Positions 45,810 through 54,617 are shown, numbered from the stretch's first letter. The stretch: 64,000 bases of DNA from an uncultured Chloroflexota bacterium (GCA_937870845.1 CALMZR010000386.1:59-64058); one strand, 5' to 3'. Made by a program: numbers and translations. Notes: a model not told the origin generated them from the sequence alone.

Positions 45810-47771
45810 TCACTCCATCTCTCTGCAACAATGGCCGTTCGCATGCGCCGTCGACGGCGGCACATCCAGCGCCGGATTGGCCGCGAAGAACCCAACCGGC
45901 TGCAAGAGGAACCCGGCGTACGACACCGGCATCACCGGCCAATCCTCCGGCCGCGGCGCGTGGTGGCTGCCCACCGTGTACCACAATACGATGTCCGTCT
46001 CCTCGATCGGCCGATCGGCGGCGGTCCAGGCCGGCAGACCCGCGCCGCCGGGATGCTGGTACGGGAATTCGCCGGCGGCGAATCGTTCGTGGTCGTCGTA
46101 CGGCGTAACCCAGAGATGCTTCGTCATGAACGCCGCACGCTTGGCCACGCTCGAGTCCGCGCCCGCCATCGCCTGCACGTTGCCGTGCGGCACGAGTCGG
46201 TAGGCGACCGGCTCGCCCACGGCATTGAGAGAGCCCGAATTGGCGATGCGCCAGACCCGGCCTCGCAGTGGGTCGACGAGCTGCTGCGCCTCCTGCTCCG
46301 AGCGCAACACTGTCCGCACCGTGCGAAACGCCGCGCCAAGCGGGTTGGCCGGCCCCGCCGGGTCGGCTTCGGCGTGCTCCTCGAAGACCGTGTTGACCGG
46401 CCCATCGATATCCAGATCGAGCCGGAAGTTGAAGAAGTGCTGGTGGATCGGAGCGTACAGTCCCTCCTCGTTGAGCAATTGCCCGTGGCGCGGCGTCTCG
46501 CCGGGGGCGACCGCGCCCGTGGAGAGAATGCCCGTCAGCTTCACCTCGAGCTGGATCGTGCCGTCCTGGTAGAGATACCAGAAGATGCCGTAGTCGTAGT
46601 TGCCGATGGTAGAGAAGGAGGAGATGACCAGGCGACGGGAGCGGCGCACTTCGGTCTCCTCCGTGCGCACGTTCATATGCCGCCACAGGACGCCATAGTC
46701 CTCCTCGTGCAGGCAGATGGCGTTCTTCACGGCGTGGGCGGCGCCGGCCTGATCGGCCAGCGCCACGTCGAAGTAGTGAATCTCCCCCAGGCAATCGCAG
46801 CCGAGCGTCAGCGAGTTGACCAGCGCTCCGAAATTCAGCTCGCCGCCATCGAAGGTGTTCTTGCGGTGATGGGTTGGCGACGGGTCGCCGTACGGCACCA
46901 CCATGTCGGACATCGCCGCCCGGTGCAGGATCGGCCGCACCCGGCCGTCTTCCTCCCAGCCGACCGTGTGCAGCACCAACCCCTCGCGCGGGGTGAACCC
47001 GACCCGGAACCGCCACTTCTGCCAGGTCACGAGCGTGCCGTCGACGCGGAAGCTCGGCCCCTCCGGTTGGATGATCTCGATTGGCTTCAAATCCGCCCGC
47101 ATCGGCCCCACGTCGTTCGGCCCGTAGTTGGCGTTCCGGGCCGGAACCGGTACGACCCCGTGATCCTCGACGCGGACCACCGCCATTTCGTGCAGGTCGA
47201 AGATGACGATGACGTTCTCGACCGGGTGCGCGTACCCGTTATCGTCATCAGCGCCCGAGCGGACCCAGACCAGGCCGCGCGTCAGCCGCCGGCCCGCCAG
47301 ATCCGCCTCATCGTCGTAAACGCCGAACGGCCAGGGATCGACCCAGACCAGCTCCATATCCTCGATGCCGCGCCGGCGCATCGCCGCCTGAAAGTCGGGA
47401 TCGAGGCGCACGACTTGCTCGCACGCCAGAATCTCCTCCAGCGTCAGCGTCGCCTGCCCCTCGCCGACGACCTCCCAGGAGACGACGCGGCCCTCGGAAA
47501 GCGAGACGATCGCCTCCACCGTCGCTTGCTCCCCGCGGTCGATGATGACGGCTCGCGCCTCCCGCGGCAAATCCCCGTCGTCGCCGGCTGCTTCGGCCGC
47601 CAGAACCACCGCCTTGGCCGGCTCACGCAACGCGACTTCGACAAAGCGAAATCGCCGCCGATCCCACTCCCCGCCCGGCGCCTCCGCCCGCAGAATGGCG
47701 ACCGCCTCCGCGATCTCATCGACCGACAACGGCTCCAGCGGATGCCGCGTTCGTGTTGGCGCCTGCGCCAT
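45810..47771 (-). CDS. Copper-containing primary amine oxidase (topaquinone enzyme)
   Basis: ORF 45810..47771, 653 aa, GAGGAG upstream. TPQ consensus TIGNYDYGIFW, copper ligands around HQHFF and HH. Confidence 0.9.
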   Translation of the reverse strand: MAQAPTRTRHPLEPLSVDEIAEAVAILRAEAPGGEWDRRRFRFVEVALREPAKAVVLAAEAAGDDGDLPREARAVIIDRGEQATVEAIVSLSEGRVVSWEVVGEGQATLTLEEILACEQVVRLDPDFQAAMRRRGIEDMELVWVDPWPFGVYDDEADLAGRRLTRGLVWVRSGADDDNGYAHPVENVIVIFDLHEMAVVRVEDHGVVPVPARNANYGPNDVGPMRADLKPIEIIQPEGPSFRVDGTLVTWQKWRFRVGFTPREGLVLHTVGWEEDGRVRPILHRAAMSDMVVPYGDPSPTHHRKNTFDGGELNFGALVNSLTLGCDCLGEIHYFDVALADQAGAAHAVKNAICLHEEDYGVLWRHMNVRTEETEVRRSRRLVISSFSTIGNYDYGIFWYLYQDGTIQLEVKLTGILSTGAVAPGETPRHGQLLNEEGLYAPIHQHFFNFRLDLDIDGPVNTVFEEHAEADPAGPANPLGAAFRTVRTVLRSEQEAQQLVDPLRGRVWRIANSGSLNAVGEPVAYRLVPHGNVQAMAGADSSVAKRAAFMTKHLWVTPYDDHERFAAGEFPYQHPGGAGLPAWTAADRPIEETDIVLWYTVGSHHAPRPEDWPVMPVSYAGFLLQPVGFFAANPALDVPPSTAHANGHCCREME

Positions 47772-47784
47772 GACTACTCCTCAT

Positions 47785-47866
47785 GGGTGTCAGGGTGTCG
47801 GGGTGTCAGGGTGACAGGAGGAGCGAACCCCTGACACCCCGACACCCGGTAACTCCGTCACCCTCG
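47785..47866. repeat. Compact hairpin of G-rich octamers (GGTGTCAG GGTGTCGG GGTGTCAG GGTGACAG / loop / inverted copies)
   Basis: Left arm 47785-47818, loop AGGAGCGAA 47819-47827, right arm 47828-47866. It lies between the truncated binding-protein stop (47867) and the amine-oxidase RBS/start (47771). Confidence 0.8.
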
Positions 47867-48283
47867 TTACAGCAGCGTCAGCAGCTCCTCCGCCGCCGCG
47901 TCCATTCCGTCCTGCGGCGTGACGCCGCCGGCGACCACCTCGCCCAGGTGGCGGCCCATGATCTCCACGAGCTGGGCCTGCTTGGTCACGGCGGGCAATC
48001 CCTCGCCGGTGGCGATCATCTCCTTGGCCTGCGGCATCCAGGGGTAGTCGGCCAGGAACTCCTCGTTCTCGTATGGCGCTTCCTGCGCCGGGACGCCGCC
48101 GGCCAAGGCGCGGCGCATGGCGACATCGGGCGACTCCACCCATTTGATGAACTCCCAACCGGCGTCGGGGTTCGGCGAGGAGACGGGCAGACCCCAGCTC
48201 CAGGAGCCGGTCAGGCCGTGGCCGCCCGGCGTCACCGTGATCTGGTTGACGCCCTTGACCGTCCAGGCCTCGTCGTCGTGGTT
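47867..48283 (-). pseudogene. 3' fragment of a paralogous sugar-binding-protein gene
   Basis: ORF 47867..48235 and upstream in-frame codons align to the last ~135 aa of the 42836..44206 protein. About 89 of 121 residues are identical by hand count, e.g. PVSSPNPDAGWEF, GLPAVTKQ. Homology stops at about 48280. Confidence 0.8.
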
Positions 48284-48620
48284 TCAATCCCCACCCAACT
48301 CGAGAATTGGGCGCATTCCCGCCAAGCGTCCGTCGGGAAGTCCGAGCATATGCTCGCTGGATAACAGTTCCCAGCTACTCCGAAGCACGGGTGTGGCGAC
48401 AGGAAACGTACGCAACTCGTGAGGATTGCGCAAGTCGCTTGGTGGCCGCGAAGGTTGCGTCGCAATCGGCTCTCCACAAATTGGCACACCGGCTATCGCA
48501 ATCCACCTGCCGCGTGGAGGGTTGCAGATCATCTGATAGTGCCTTCGCTCGACGACGAATAGTGCCGGACGCAACTATGATCCGCTCCAGCATGTCGCGG
48601 CGAATCGAGAGCTGGGCCGA
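48284..48620 (-). pseudogene. Remnant of a tyrosine recombinase/integrase catalytic domain (frameshifted, N-terminus deleted)
   Basis: GC is lower than in the flanks. One frame gives IIVASGTIRRRAKALSDDL (box I-like). Another gives PHELRTFPVATPVLRSSWELLSSEHMLG (HxLR...LGH box II-like). The ORF ends at 48284, exactly at the binding-protein breakpoint. Confidence 0.5.
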
Positions 48621-48623
48621 GCG

Positions 48624-49400
48624 ATGGAAAGCAGTCGCGAGCTCGAAGGGCAAGTCGCGCTCGTCACCGGATCGGGCTCCGGCATCGGCCGCGCCATCGC
48701 CCACGCGTTGGCGGATGCCGGGGCGCGGGTGGCCGTCACCGACATCGACCTGGAGGCGGCGCAGCGGGCGGCGCTGGAGATCCCCGGCGCCATCCCGATG
48801 TTCCTCGACGTGACGTCCCCCGAAAGCGCCGAAACGCGCGTCGCGGAAGCGGAGCATGTGCTCGGTCCCCTCGACATCCTCATCAACAACGCCGGCGTCT
48901 CCACCATGAACCGCATCCAGGATCTCACCGTCGAGGAGTGGGACTTCAACTTCGACGTGAACGCCAAAGGCGTTTTCCTCGTCACCCGCGCCGCCCTCCC
49001 CGGCATGATCGCCCGCCGCGCCGGCTGCATCGTCAATACCGCCTCCATGGCCGGCAAGCGCGCCGTCCCACTGCTCGCCCACTACGCCGCCTCCAAATGG
49101 GCCTGCATCGGCTTCACCCTCTCGGCCGCCGTCGAGCTGGGGCCGTTCGGCATTCGCGTCAACTGCGTCTGCCCCGGTTTCGTCGAAACCTCGATGCAGG
49201 AGCGCGAGCTGGCCTGGGAGGGCGAGCTGCGCGGCCTCTCCCCCGCCGAGGTCGCCGCCGGCTACATCCGCCTCACCCCGCTCGGGCGCATGGAGACCGC
49301 CGCCGACGTGGCCAGGACCGTGCGCTGGCTCTGCTCCCCCGCGGCCGAGTTCGTCACCGGCGCCGCCATCGACGTCACCGGCGGCTCGCACCTGACCTGA
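48624..49400 (+). CDS. Short-chain dehydrogenase/reductase (SDR) family oxidoreductase
   Basis: ORF 48624..49400, 258 aa: TGSGSGIGRAIA, NNAG, catalytic S...YAASK, PGFVET. Confidence 0.9.
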   Translation: MESSRELEGQVALVTGSGSGIGRAIAHALADAGARVAVTDIDLEAAQRAALEIPGAIPMFLDVTSPESAETRVAEAEHVLGPLDILINNAGVSTMNRIQDLTVEEWDFNFDVNAKGVFLVTRAALPGMIARRAGCIVNTASMAGKRAVPLLAHYAASKWACIGFTLSAAVELGPFGIRVNCVCPGFVETSMQERELAWEGELRGLSPAEVAAGYIRLTPLGRMETAADVARTVRWLCSPAAEFVTGAAIDVTGGSHLT

Positions 49401-49481
49401 CCGCCCGGAACCTCATTGGCCTTTGTGGCGTCTCCTACGCACGCGGCTGGCATTCGAGCCCAGCCGGGAGAGGAGACCGCC

Positions 49482-51644
49482 ATGCGTCGTATCCCCATCG
49501 TCCTCCTGCTCGCCCTGCTCGTTTCGCTCGTCGCGCCTCTGGCCGCCCGCGCCGACGGCGTCATCGTCGTTGATCCCCCGCGCTGTGACCCTGTCTGCCC
49601 CGACCCCGTGCTCATCGCCGACCAGCTCAACATCCGCTCCCACCGCGTCGACGTCTCCATCGTCGATCAGGTCGCCACCACCCGCATCGACCAGGTCTTC
49701 CACAATCCGAATAGCTGGGCCGCGGAAGGGACCTATATCTTCCCGCTCCCCCCAGGCGCCGCGATCTCCGACTTCACCATGACCGTCGACGGCGAGCCGA
49801 TCGAGGCCAGGCTCCTCGACGCCGAGGAGGCCCGCCGCATCTACGACGAGATCGTGCGCAACATGCGCGATCCCGCCCTGCTGGAGTACATCGGCGAGGG
49901 CGCCGTGCAGGCCAGCGTCTTTCCCATCCCACCTGGCGAGGACCGCCGCATCGAGATCGAGTACGGCGAGATCGTCCCCATCGAGAACGGGCTCTCCCGC
50001 TACCGCTACCCCTTGAACACGGAGAAGTTCTCGGCCGAGCCGCTGGAACAGGTCAGCGTGCGCGTCGAGATTGAGACCGCGCAGCCGCTGCGCGCCGTCT
50101 ACTCCCCGTCGCACGACGTGGCCATCGACCGCGACGACGACTTCCACGTCGTCTCCGGCTACGAGGACAGCAACGTCCGCCCCGCTGCCGACTTCGAGCT
50201 CTTCTGGAGCGTCTCGTCCGACGCCATCGGGGCCAGCGTCGTCAGCCACGTCGACGCCGAGGGCAAAGGCCACTTCATGCTGTTGGCCGCGCCCGGCATC
50301 GACGAGGAGACAGAAATCGTCGCCAAGGACGTCGTCGTCGTCCTCGACACCTCCGGCAGCATGGAGGGCGAGAAGATCGTCCAGGCCAAAGAAGCCCTTC
50401 TCTACGTTCTGGGCCACCTCAACCCTGAGGACCGCTTCACCATCGTTGAGTTCAGCACGGGCGCCCGCCCCTTCGCCGACGAGCTGCTCCCTCCGGCAGA
50501 AGCCGAGCGCGCCGCCCAATGGGTGCAGGATCTCGAGGCGACCGGCGGCACCGACATCAACCTGGCCCTGCTCGAGGCGCTCGCCATGACCGAATCGGAT
50601 CGCCCCACCATGATCCTCTTCCTCACCGACGGTCTGCCCACCGAGGGCGAGGTGGAGATCCCCCGCATCATCGACAACGTCGCCGACGCCGCCCCCGAAA
50701 ATGTCCGCCTCTTCGCCTTCGGCGTCGGCGACGACGTCGACGCCATCCTCCTCGATACCCTCTCCAGCGAGCACCAGGGCCGCACCACCTACGTCCGCCC
50801 CGGCGAAGCTCTCAACGAGGCGGTCTCCGGCTTCTACGCCGGCATCACCGCGCCGGTCCTCGCCAACGTCGAACTCGACGTCGAGGGGGTGGACGTGGCG
50901 GAGCTCTACCCCAACCCGCTGCCCGACCTCTTCGCCGGCTCGCAGCTCATCGCCCTCGGCACGTACCAGGTCGGCGGCGAGGCGACCCTCACCCTCCGCG
51001 GCGAAGTCAATGGCGCGCCCCGCGAGTTCACCTATCCCGTCTCCTTCGCCGAGGACGGCGGCAGCGAGTTCCTGCCCCGCCTGTGGGCCACCCGCAAGAT
51101 TGGCTACCTCATCAACCAGATCCGGCTCCACGGCGAGAACGAGGAGCTGATCGACGCCCTCGTCGACCTCAGCCTCGAGTACGGCATCGTCACCCCCTAC
51201 ACCTCCTACCTGATCACCGAAGACGACATCCTCTCCCAGCAAGCACGCGAGCTCGCCGCGACATCGATTGCGGACTCTTCGGCGGGAGCGCCGGCCTCGG
51301 GTTCGGAAGCGGTGACGCGCGCCCAGGAAGTGCAGGCGCTGGCCGACGCGGACTTCGCGGCGCCGACGCCGATGGCGACGTTCGTCACCGACGAGGGCCA
51401 AGAGGTCAACGCCGCCGAGGTTCTGCGCTACGCTGGAGAGCGAGCCTTCGTGCTGCGCGACGGCGTCTGGCTCGACACGAACTTCGACCCCGACCGAATG
51501 ACCACCACGACGATCCCGTTCGCCAGCGACGCCTACTTCGATCTGCTCGAAGAGCACCCCGACCTCGGCCCGGCCCTCGCCCTCGGCCGCCAGATCATCG
51601 TCGTCGTCGGCGAAACGGCCTACGAAGTGACCGACGCGACGTGA
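49482..51644 (+). CDS. Secreted VIT domain + von Willebrand factor type A domain protein
   Basis: ORF 49416..51644; start ATG 49482 (GGGAGAGGAG upstream). Signal MRRIPIVLLLALLVSLVAPLAARA. VIT-like N-domain; MIDAS VVVLDTSGSMEG, LTDG. Confidence 0.8.
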   Translation: MRRIPIVLLLALLVSLVAPLAARADGVIVVDPPRCDPVCPDPVLIADQLNIRSHRVDVSIVDQVATTRIDQVFHNPNSWAAEGTYIFPLPPGAAISDFTMTVDGEPIEARLLDAEEARRIYDEIVRNMRDPALLEYIGEGAVQASVFPIPPGEDRRIEIEYGEIVPIENGLSRYRYPLNTEKFSAEPLEQVSVRVEIETAQPLRAVYSPSHDVAIDRDDDFHVVSGYEDSNVRPAADFELFWSVSSDAIGASVVSHVDAEGKGHFMLLAAPGIDEETEIVAKDVVVVLDTSGSMEGEKIVQAKEALLYVLGHLNPEDRFTIVEFSTGARPFADELLPPAEAERAAQWVQDLEATGGTDINLALLEALAMTESDRPTMILFLTDGLPTEGEVEIPRIIDNVADAAPENVRLFAFGVGDDVDAILLDTLSSEHQGRTTYVRPGEALNEAVSGFYAGITAPVLANVELDVEGVDVAELYPNPLPDLFAGSQLIALGTYQVGGEATLTLRGEVNGAPREFTYPVSFAEDGGSEFLPRLWATRKIGYLINQIRLHGENEELIDALVDLSLEYGIVTPYTSYLITEDDILSQQARELAATSIADSSAGAPASGSEAVTRAQEVQALADADFAAPTPMATFVTDEGQEVNAAEVLRYAGERAFVLRDGVWLDTNFDPDRMTTTTIPFASDAYFDLLEEHPDLGPALALGRQIIVVVGETAYEVTDAT

Positions 51645-51652
51645 TGATGTTC

Positions 51653-51687
51653 GTAGCAGGGACGGATTTTCGATCCGTCCCTGCTAC
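51653..51687 (+). terminator. Perfect 15-bp hairpin after the VIT-vWA gene, overlapping the next promoter's -10-like box
   Basis: GTAGCAGGGACGGAT (51653-51667), loop TTTCG, ATCCGTCCCTGCTAC (51673-51687). TGCTACGAT lies at 51682-51690. Confidence 0.5.
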
Positions 51688-51726
51688 GATGCGCGCGGAA
51701 TCGCCCCTGACGACGCGAGGAGCACC

Positions 51727-52146
51727 ATGGAGATCGACACGAGCACCGAGTTCGGCCAGCGCGTGGCCGGCCATCTCGAAAACGACCAGGTCGTCTGGCT
51801 GACGACCGTCAACCCCAACGGAACCCCGCAACCGTCCCCGGTCTGGTTCCTCTGGGACGGCGACACGGTCTTGATGTACAGTCAGCCCGGCACGCCCAAG
51901 CTGCGCAACATCGGTCAGCGCCCAGGCGTCAGCCTGAACTTCAACAGCACGCCCGGCGGCGGCGATGTCGTCGTCCTTACCGGCCAGGCGTCAGAAGACA
52001 CCGCGACTCCGGCCGCGATCGATCACCCCGCGTACCTTGAGAAGTACGCACGCGGAATCGAAGAGATCGGCATGACGCCGGAGACTTTCGCCCAGGCCTA
52101 CTCCGTGCCGGTGCGCATTCGGCCGACGTCGCTCCGAGGCCATTAG
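51727..52146 (+). CDS. PPOX-class (pyridoxamine 5'-phosphate oxidase-like) probable F420-dependent protein
   Basis: ORF 51727..52146, 139 aa, GAGGAG upstream. Reads VVWLTTVNPNGTPQPSPVWFLWDGDTVLMYSQPGTPKLRNI. Confidence 0.75.
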   Translation: MEIDTSTEFGQRVAGHLENDQVVWLTTVNPNGTPQPSPVWFLWDGDTVLMYSQPGTPKLRNIGQRPGVSLNFNSTPGGGDVVVLTGQASEDTATPAAIDHPAYLEKYARGIEEIGMTPETFAQAYSVPVRIRPTSLRGH

Positions 52147-52149
52147 TTC

Positions 52150-52274
52150 GAGGGTGTCGGGTGATGAGGGGTTCGCCATCATGAGCCGTGAGGTACGTTT
52201 CGCGCTGCCTCTGTCGGCGCGAACGAGCAGCGCGCCAGCACCCTGACATCCGTCGCCCGTCACCCGTCACCCGC
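52150..52274. repeat. Foldback element with G-rich heptad arms between convergent genes
   Basis: Left GAGGGTGTCGGGTGATGAGGGG (52150-52171). Right CACCCTGACATCCGTCGCCCGTCACCCGTCACCCGC (52239-52274, CCGTCAC heptads). 67-nt core. Confidence 0.7.
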
Positions 52275-52277
52275 GTC

Positions 52278-52949
52278 TCAGCGAATCGCCTCCAGCGCCG
52301 AGCCGAGCAGCGAGGCGACGATGAGGCCGATCAGGATAAGCGCCGTCACGGCAGCGGCGTAGATCACCAGGGTGAACGACGCCTGGCGATCCGCCATGGC
52401 CCGCTCCTTGCGCTCGGCGGCGGTCGGCTGCGGACGCTCGGTGCGGGCTGAGCCGGAGCGATTGTCGAACGTCTGAAAGCCGCCCACATACCGCTGCATG
52501 ATCTGGTCCTGGATCACCTGCTGGCGGATCGTTCGGTCGTACGATTGCCGCTTGATCGGGTCGGACAGCGTGGCGTAGGCCGCGTTGAGGCGGCGCGCGA
52601 GATCGTCGAAGTGGGCGCGGCGGTTCGGCCGTTGTCGATCGGGATGCGCCCGCTTCATGGCGCGGCGATACGCCCGCGTGATCTCGGCGTGGCTCGCCGT
52701 GAAGGGCACGCCCAGGAGCGCGTAGTGATCCTCTTTATCTGGGTCGGGTCCGGCCCCGTTCGGGCTGCCGCCGCGGTATCCGGTCTGGGACGTGCTCGCC
52801 ACCGATCGATTCCGAGCCTGATCGAAAACGCTGCCGCCCGGATCAACGAGCGGTCGGCGCCGCGGCCAAACCTCCATTGTACGAGAGCCGGCGCGCTCCG
52901 CCGCCGGCTGGCGCATGGTCTTGCGATTCGCGCGAGACGGGTCCGGCAT
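52278..52949 (-). CDS. J-domain (DnaJ-like) protein with C-terminal TM anchor; start uncertain
   Basis: ORF 52278..52949. Reads DHYALLGVPFTASHAEITRAYRRAMKRAHPDR (HPD motif). C-terminal FTLVIYAAAVTALILIGLIVASLL. Confidence 0.7.
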   Translation of the reverse strand: MPDPSRANRKTMRQPAAERAGSRTMEVWPRRRPLVDPGGSVFDQARNRSVASTSQTGYRGGSPNGAGPDPDKEDHYALLGVPFTASHAEITRAYRRAMKRAHPDRQRPNRRAHFDDLARRLNAAYATLSDPIKRQSYDRTIRQQVIQDQIMQRYVGGFQTFDNRSGSARTERPQPTAAERKERAMADRQASFTLVIYAAAVTALILIGLIVASLLGSALEAIR

Positions 52950-53020
52950 CGCGCTACAATCGACGCGTCAATCCGACGACGCGACTCACTGATTCGCCCG
53001 CGCCAGCCTTGGGGCCGCCC

Positions 53021-53920
53021 ATGAAGATCGATCTCGTCACCGTTCCGTACCGCTACGACGAACGTGGCGAAGGGCTGGGCGCCGGGCCGGACGCGCTCCT
53101 CGCCGCCGGCCTGGTGGAAAAGCTGCAGGCCAGCGGCCGCGACGTCGCCGGGCCGCGCGAAGCCTGCCTCGATCCGGCGCAGCGCGAAAAAGGCCGCACC
53201 GCGCCGAACATCGGCCGCCTCGGCGCCGACACGGCGCGCCACGTCGCCGACTGCCGCCGTAGCGGCGCCGGCGTACTCGTCCTCGCCGGAGACGACACCG
53301 CCGCCATCGGCGTCGTCTCCGGGTTGCAGCAGGCCGACGGCGCCGGCACGCCGATCGGCATCGTCTGGGTCGATGCCCACGGCGATTTCAATACCCCGGA
53401 GACCTCGTTCAGCGGCATCCTGGCTGGGATGCCGGTCGCCATCCTCGCCGGGCTGGCCGGTCCCCTTTGGCGCGAGGCCGCCGGCCTCGCCGCTCCCATC
53501 CCGACCGATCGCATCGTCCTCGCCGGCACCCGCGATCTCGATGAGAAGGAAACCGAGCTGCTGCGCTCGACCGAAGTCCGCGTCGTGCACGCGGGCGATC
53601 TGCGCGTTCCGGATCGGTTCGCCGGCGTCATCGCCTGGCTGGCGCGCCGCTGCTCGCTGCTCTATCTCCACGTCGACCTCGACGTCCTTGATCCGCGCTT
53701 CGTGCCCAGCGCCTCCACCCCGTCGGCCAATGGGCTGACCATCGATGAGCTCGCCGCGACGATGACCACCGTGTTGGAGACCGGCAAGGTCGCCGCCATG
53801 GCCGTCACCAGCCTCAATCCCGGCGCCGGCGCCCGCGGCCAGCGCTCCGTCGCCTCGACGCTGAAGGTGCTGGAAGCTGCGCTCCCGGCGTGGACGGAGG
53901 CCCCGGCGACACAGTCCTGA
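53021..53920 (+). CDS. Arginase/agmatinase/formiminoglutamase-family metallohydrolase
   Basis: ORF 52877..53920; start ATG 53021. Reads [19 protein letters not shown], but AGDDT where the family usually has GGDHS. CGCTACAAT -10-like box at 52952-52960. Confidence 0.75.
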   Translation: MKIDLVTVPYRYDERGEGLGAGPDALLAAGLVEKLQASGRDVAGPREACLDPAQREKGRTAPNIGRLGADTARHVADCRRSGAGVLVLAGDDTAAIGVVSGLQQADGAGTPIGIVWVDAHGDFNTPETSFSGILAGMPVAILAGLAGPLWREAAGLAAPIPTDRIVLAGTRDLDEKETELLRSTEVRVVHAGDLRVPDRFAGVIAWLARRCSLLYLHVDLDVLDPRFVPSASTPSANGLTIDELAATMTTVLETGKVAAMAVTSLNPGAGARGQRSVASTLKVLEAALPAWTEAPATQS

Positions 53921-53943
53921 TCGTCTCCTCAGGCTGCCCGTAT

Positions 53944-53954
53944 GTGCTAGACTT
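53944..53954 (+). promoter_or_regulatory. Extended -10-like box GTGCTAGACTT upstream of rplS
   Basis: Identical 11-mer to 17453-17463. It predicts a ~110-nt leader containing the hairpin GCCCGGA/TCCGGGC (53964-53979). Confidence 0.4.
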
Positions 53955-54069
53955 TTCGGCTGTGCCCGGAACTCCGGGCCATCATCGTGTCACGCACATT
54001 GCAGGAACGTGCGCCGGCGACCAGCGCTACCGACGCGGCCGGTTCGAGCAACGAGAAGGTTGGAGTCAG

Positions 54070-54438
54070 ATGGTTGCCCAGATTGTGCGCGAGATCGAGG
54101 CGGAGCAGTTCAAATCGGACGTGCCGAACTTCGGTCCCGGCGACACCGTCCGCGTCCACGCCAAAGTCGTCGAGGGTTCGCGCGAGCGCGTCCAGGTCTT
54201 CGAGGGCGTGGTCATCCGCCGCCGCTCCGGCGGCATCAACGAGAACTTCACCGTGCGCCGCATCGCCTCACACGGCGTCGGCGTCGAGCGCACCTTTCTT
54301 ATCCACTCCCCGCGCATCGACAAGATCGAGGTGCTGCGCCACGGCAAGGTCCGCCGCGCCAAGCTCTACTACCTCCGTGGCCTCACTGGCCGCGCCGCCC
54401 GCATCAAGGAGCGCCGCGTCGGCGCCCCGCTGAAGTAA
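54070..54438 (+). CDS. rplS: 50S ribosomal protein L19
   Basis: ORF 53890..54438; start ATG 54070. Reads [56 protein letters not shown]. Confidence 0.95.
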   Translation: MVAQIVREIEAEQFKSDVPNFGPGDTVRVHAKVVEGSRERVQVFEGVVIRRRSGGINENFTVRRIASHGVGVERTFLIHSPRIDKIEVLRHGKVRRAKLYYLRGLTGRAARIKERRVGAPLK

Positions 54439-54455
54439 GCGCCTCGACGCCAATG

Positions 54456-54487
54456 CCAAGCGCCCGGCCAAATGGCCGGGCGCTTGG
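54456..54487 (+). terminator. Terminator hairpin after rplS
   Basis: CCAAGCGCCCGGCC (54456-54469), loop AAAT, GGCCGGGCGCTTGG (54474-54487): a 14-bp perfect stem. Confidence 0.6.
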
Positions 54488-54604
54488 CCTTCCTGAACGA
54501 TTCGGCCATGGCTTGGGCGCCACGCCCCTACAGCCCGATCCACACTTTAGAGAGTCGTGGCCGCGCATTGAGACACGTCGGCGCTTGGCGCCATCCGCGG
54601 GCAG

Positions 54605-54610
54605 TATCAT
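54605..54610 (+). promoter_or_regulatory. -10-like TATCAT 7 nt before the rnhB ATG: possible leaderless mRNA
   Basis: GCAGTATCAT CCCCGCC ATG, with no Shine-Dalgarno sequence. Confidence 0.35.
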
Positions 54611-54617
54611 CCCCGCC

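Noticed and set aside
45316-47834. 566-aa and 667-aa ORFs overlapping the amine oxidase gene
   Set aside because: The amine oxidase frame carries the TPQ and copper-ligand motifs. The alternatives are Arg/Pro/Gly-rich with no recognisable motif.
48279-48305. GTTTCAATCCCCAC resembles the start of some CRISPR repeats, and GGTTTCAATCC resembles a tRNA T-arm (possible att site)
   Set aside because: It occurs only once, so there is no array. The putative T-stem pairs only 4 bp, and no acceptor stem or CCA context follows. I treat it only as the rearrangement junction.
49413-51557. 714-aa ORF antisense to the VIT-vWA gene
   Set aside because: Repetitive Gly/Asp/Val/Ala composition. The sense frame has a signal peptide and a MIDAS motif.
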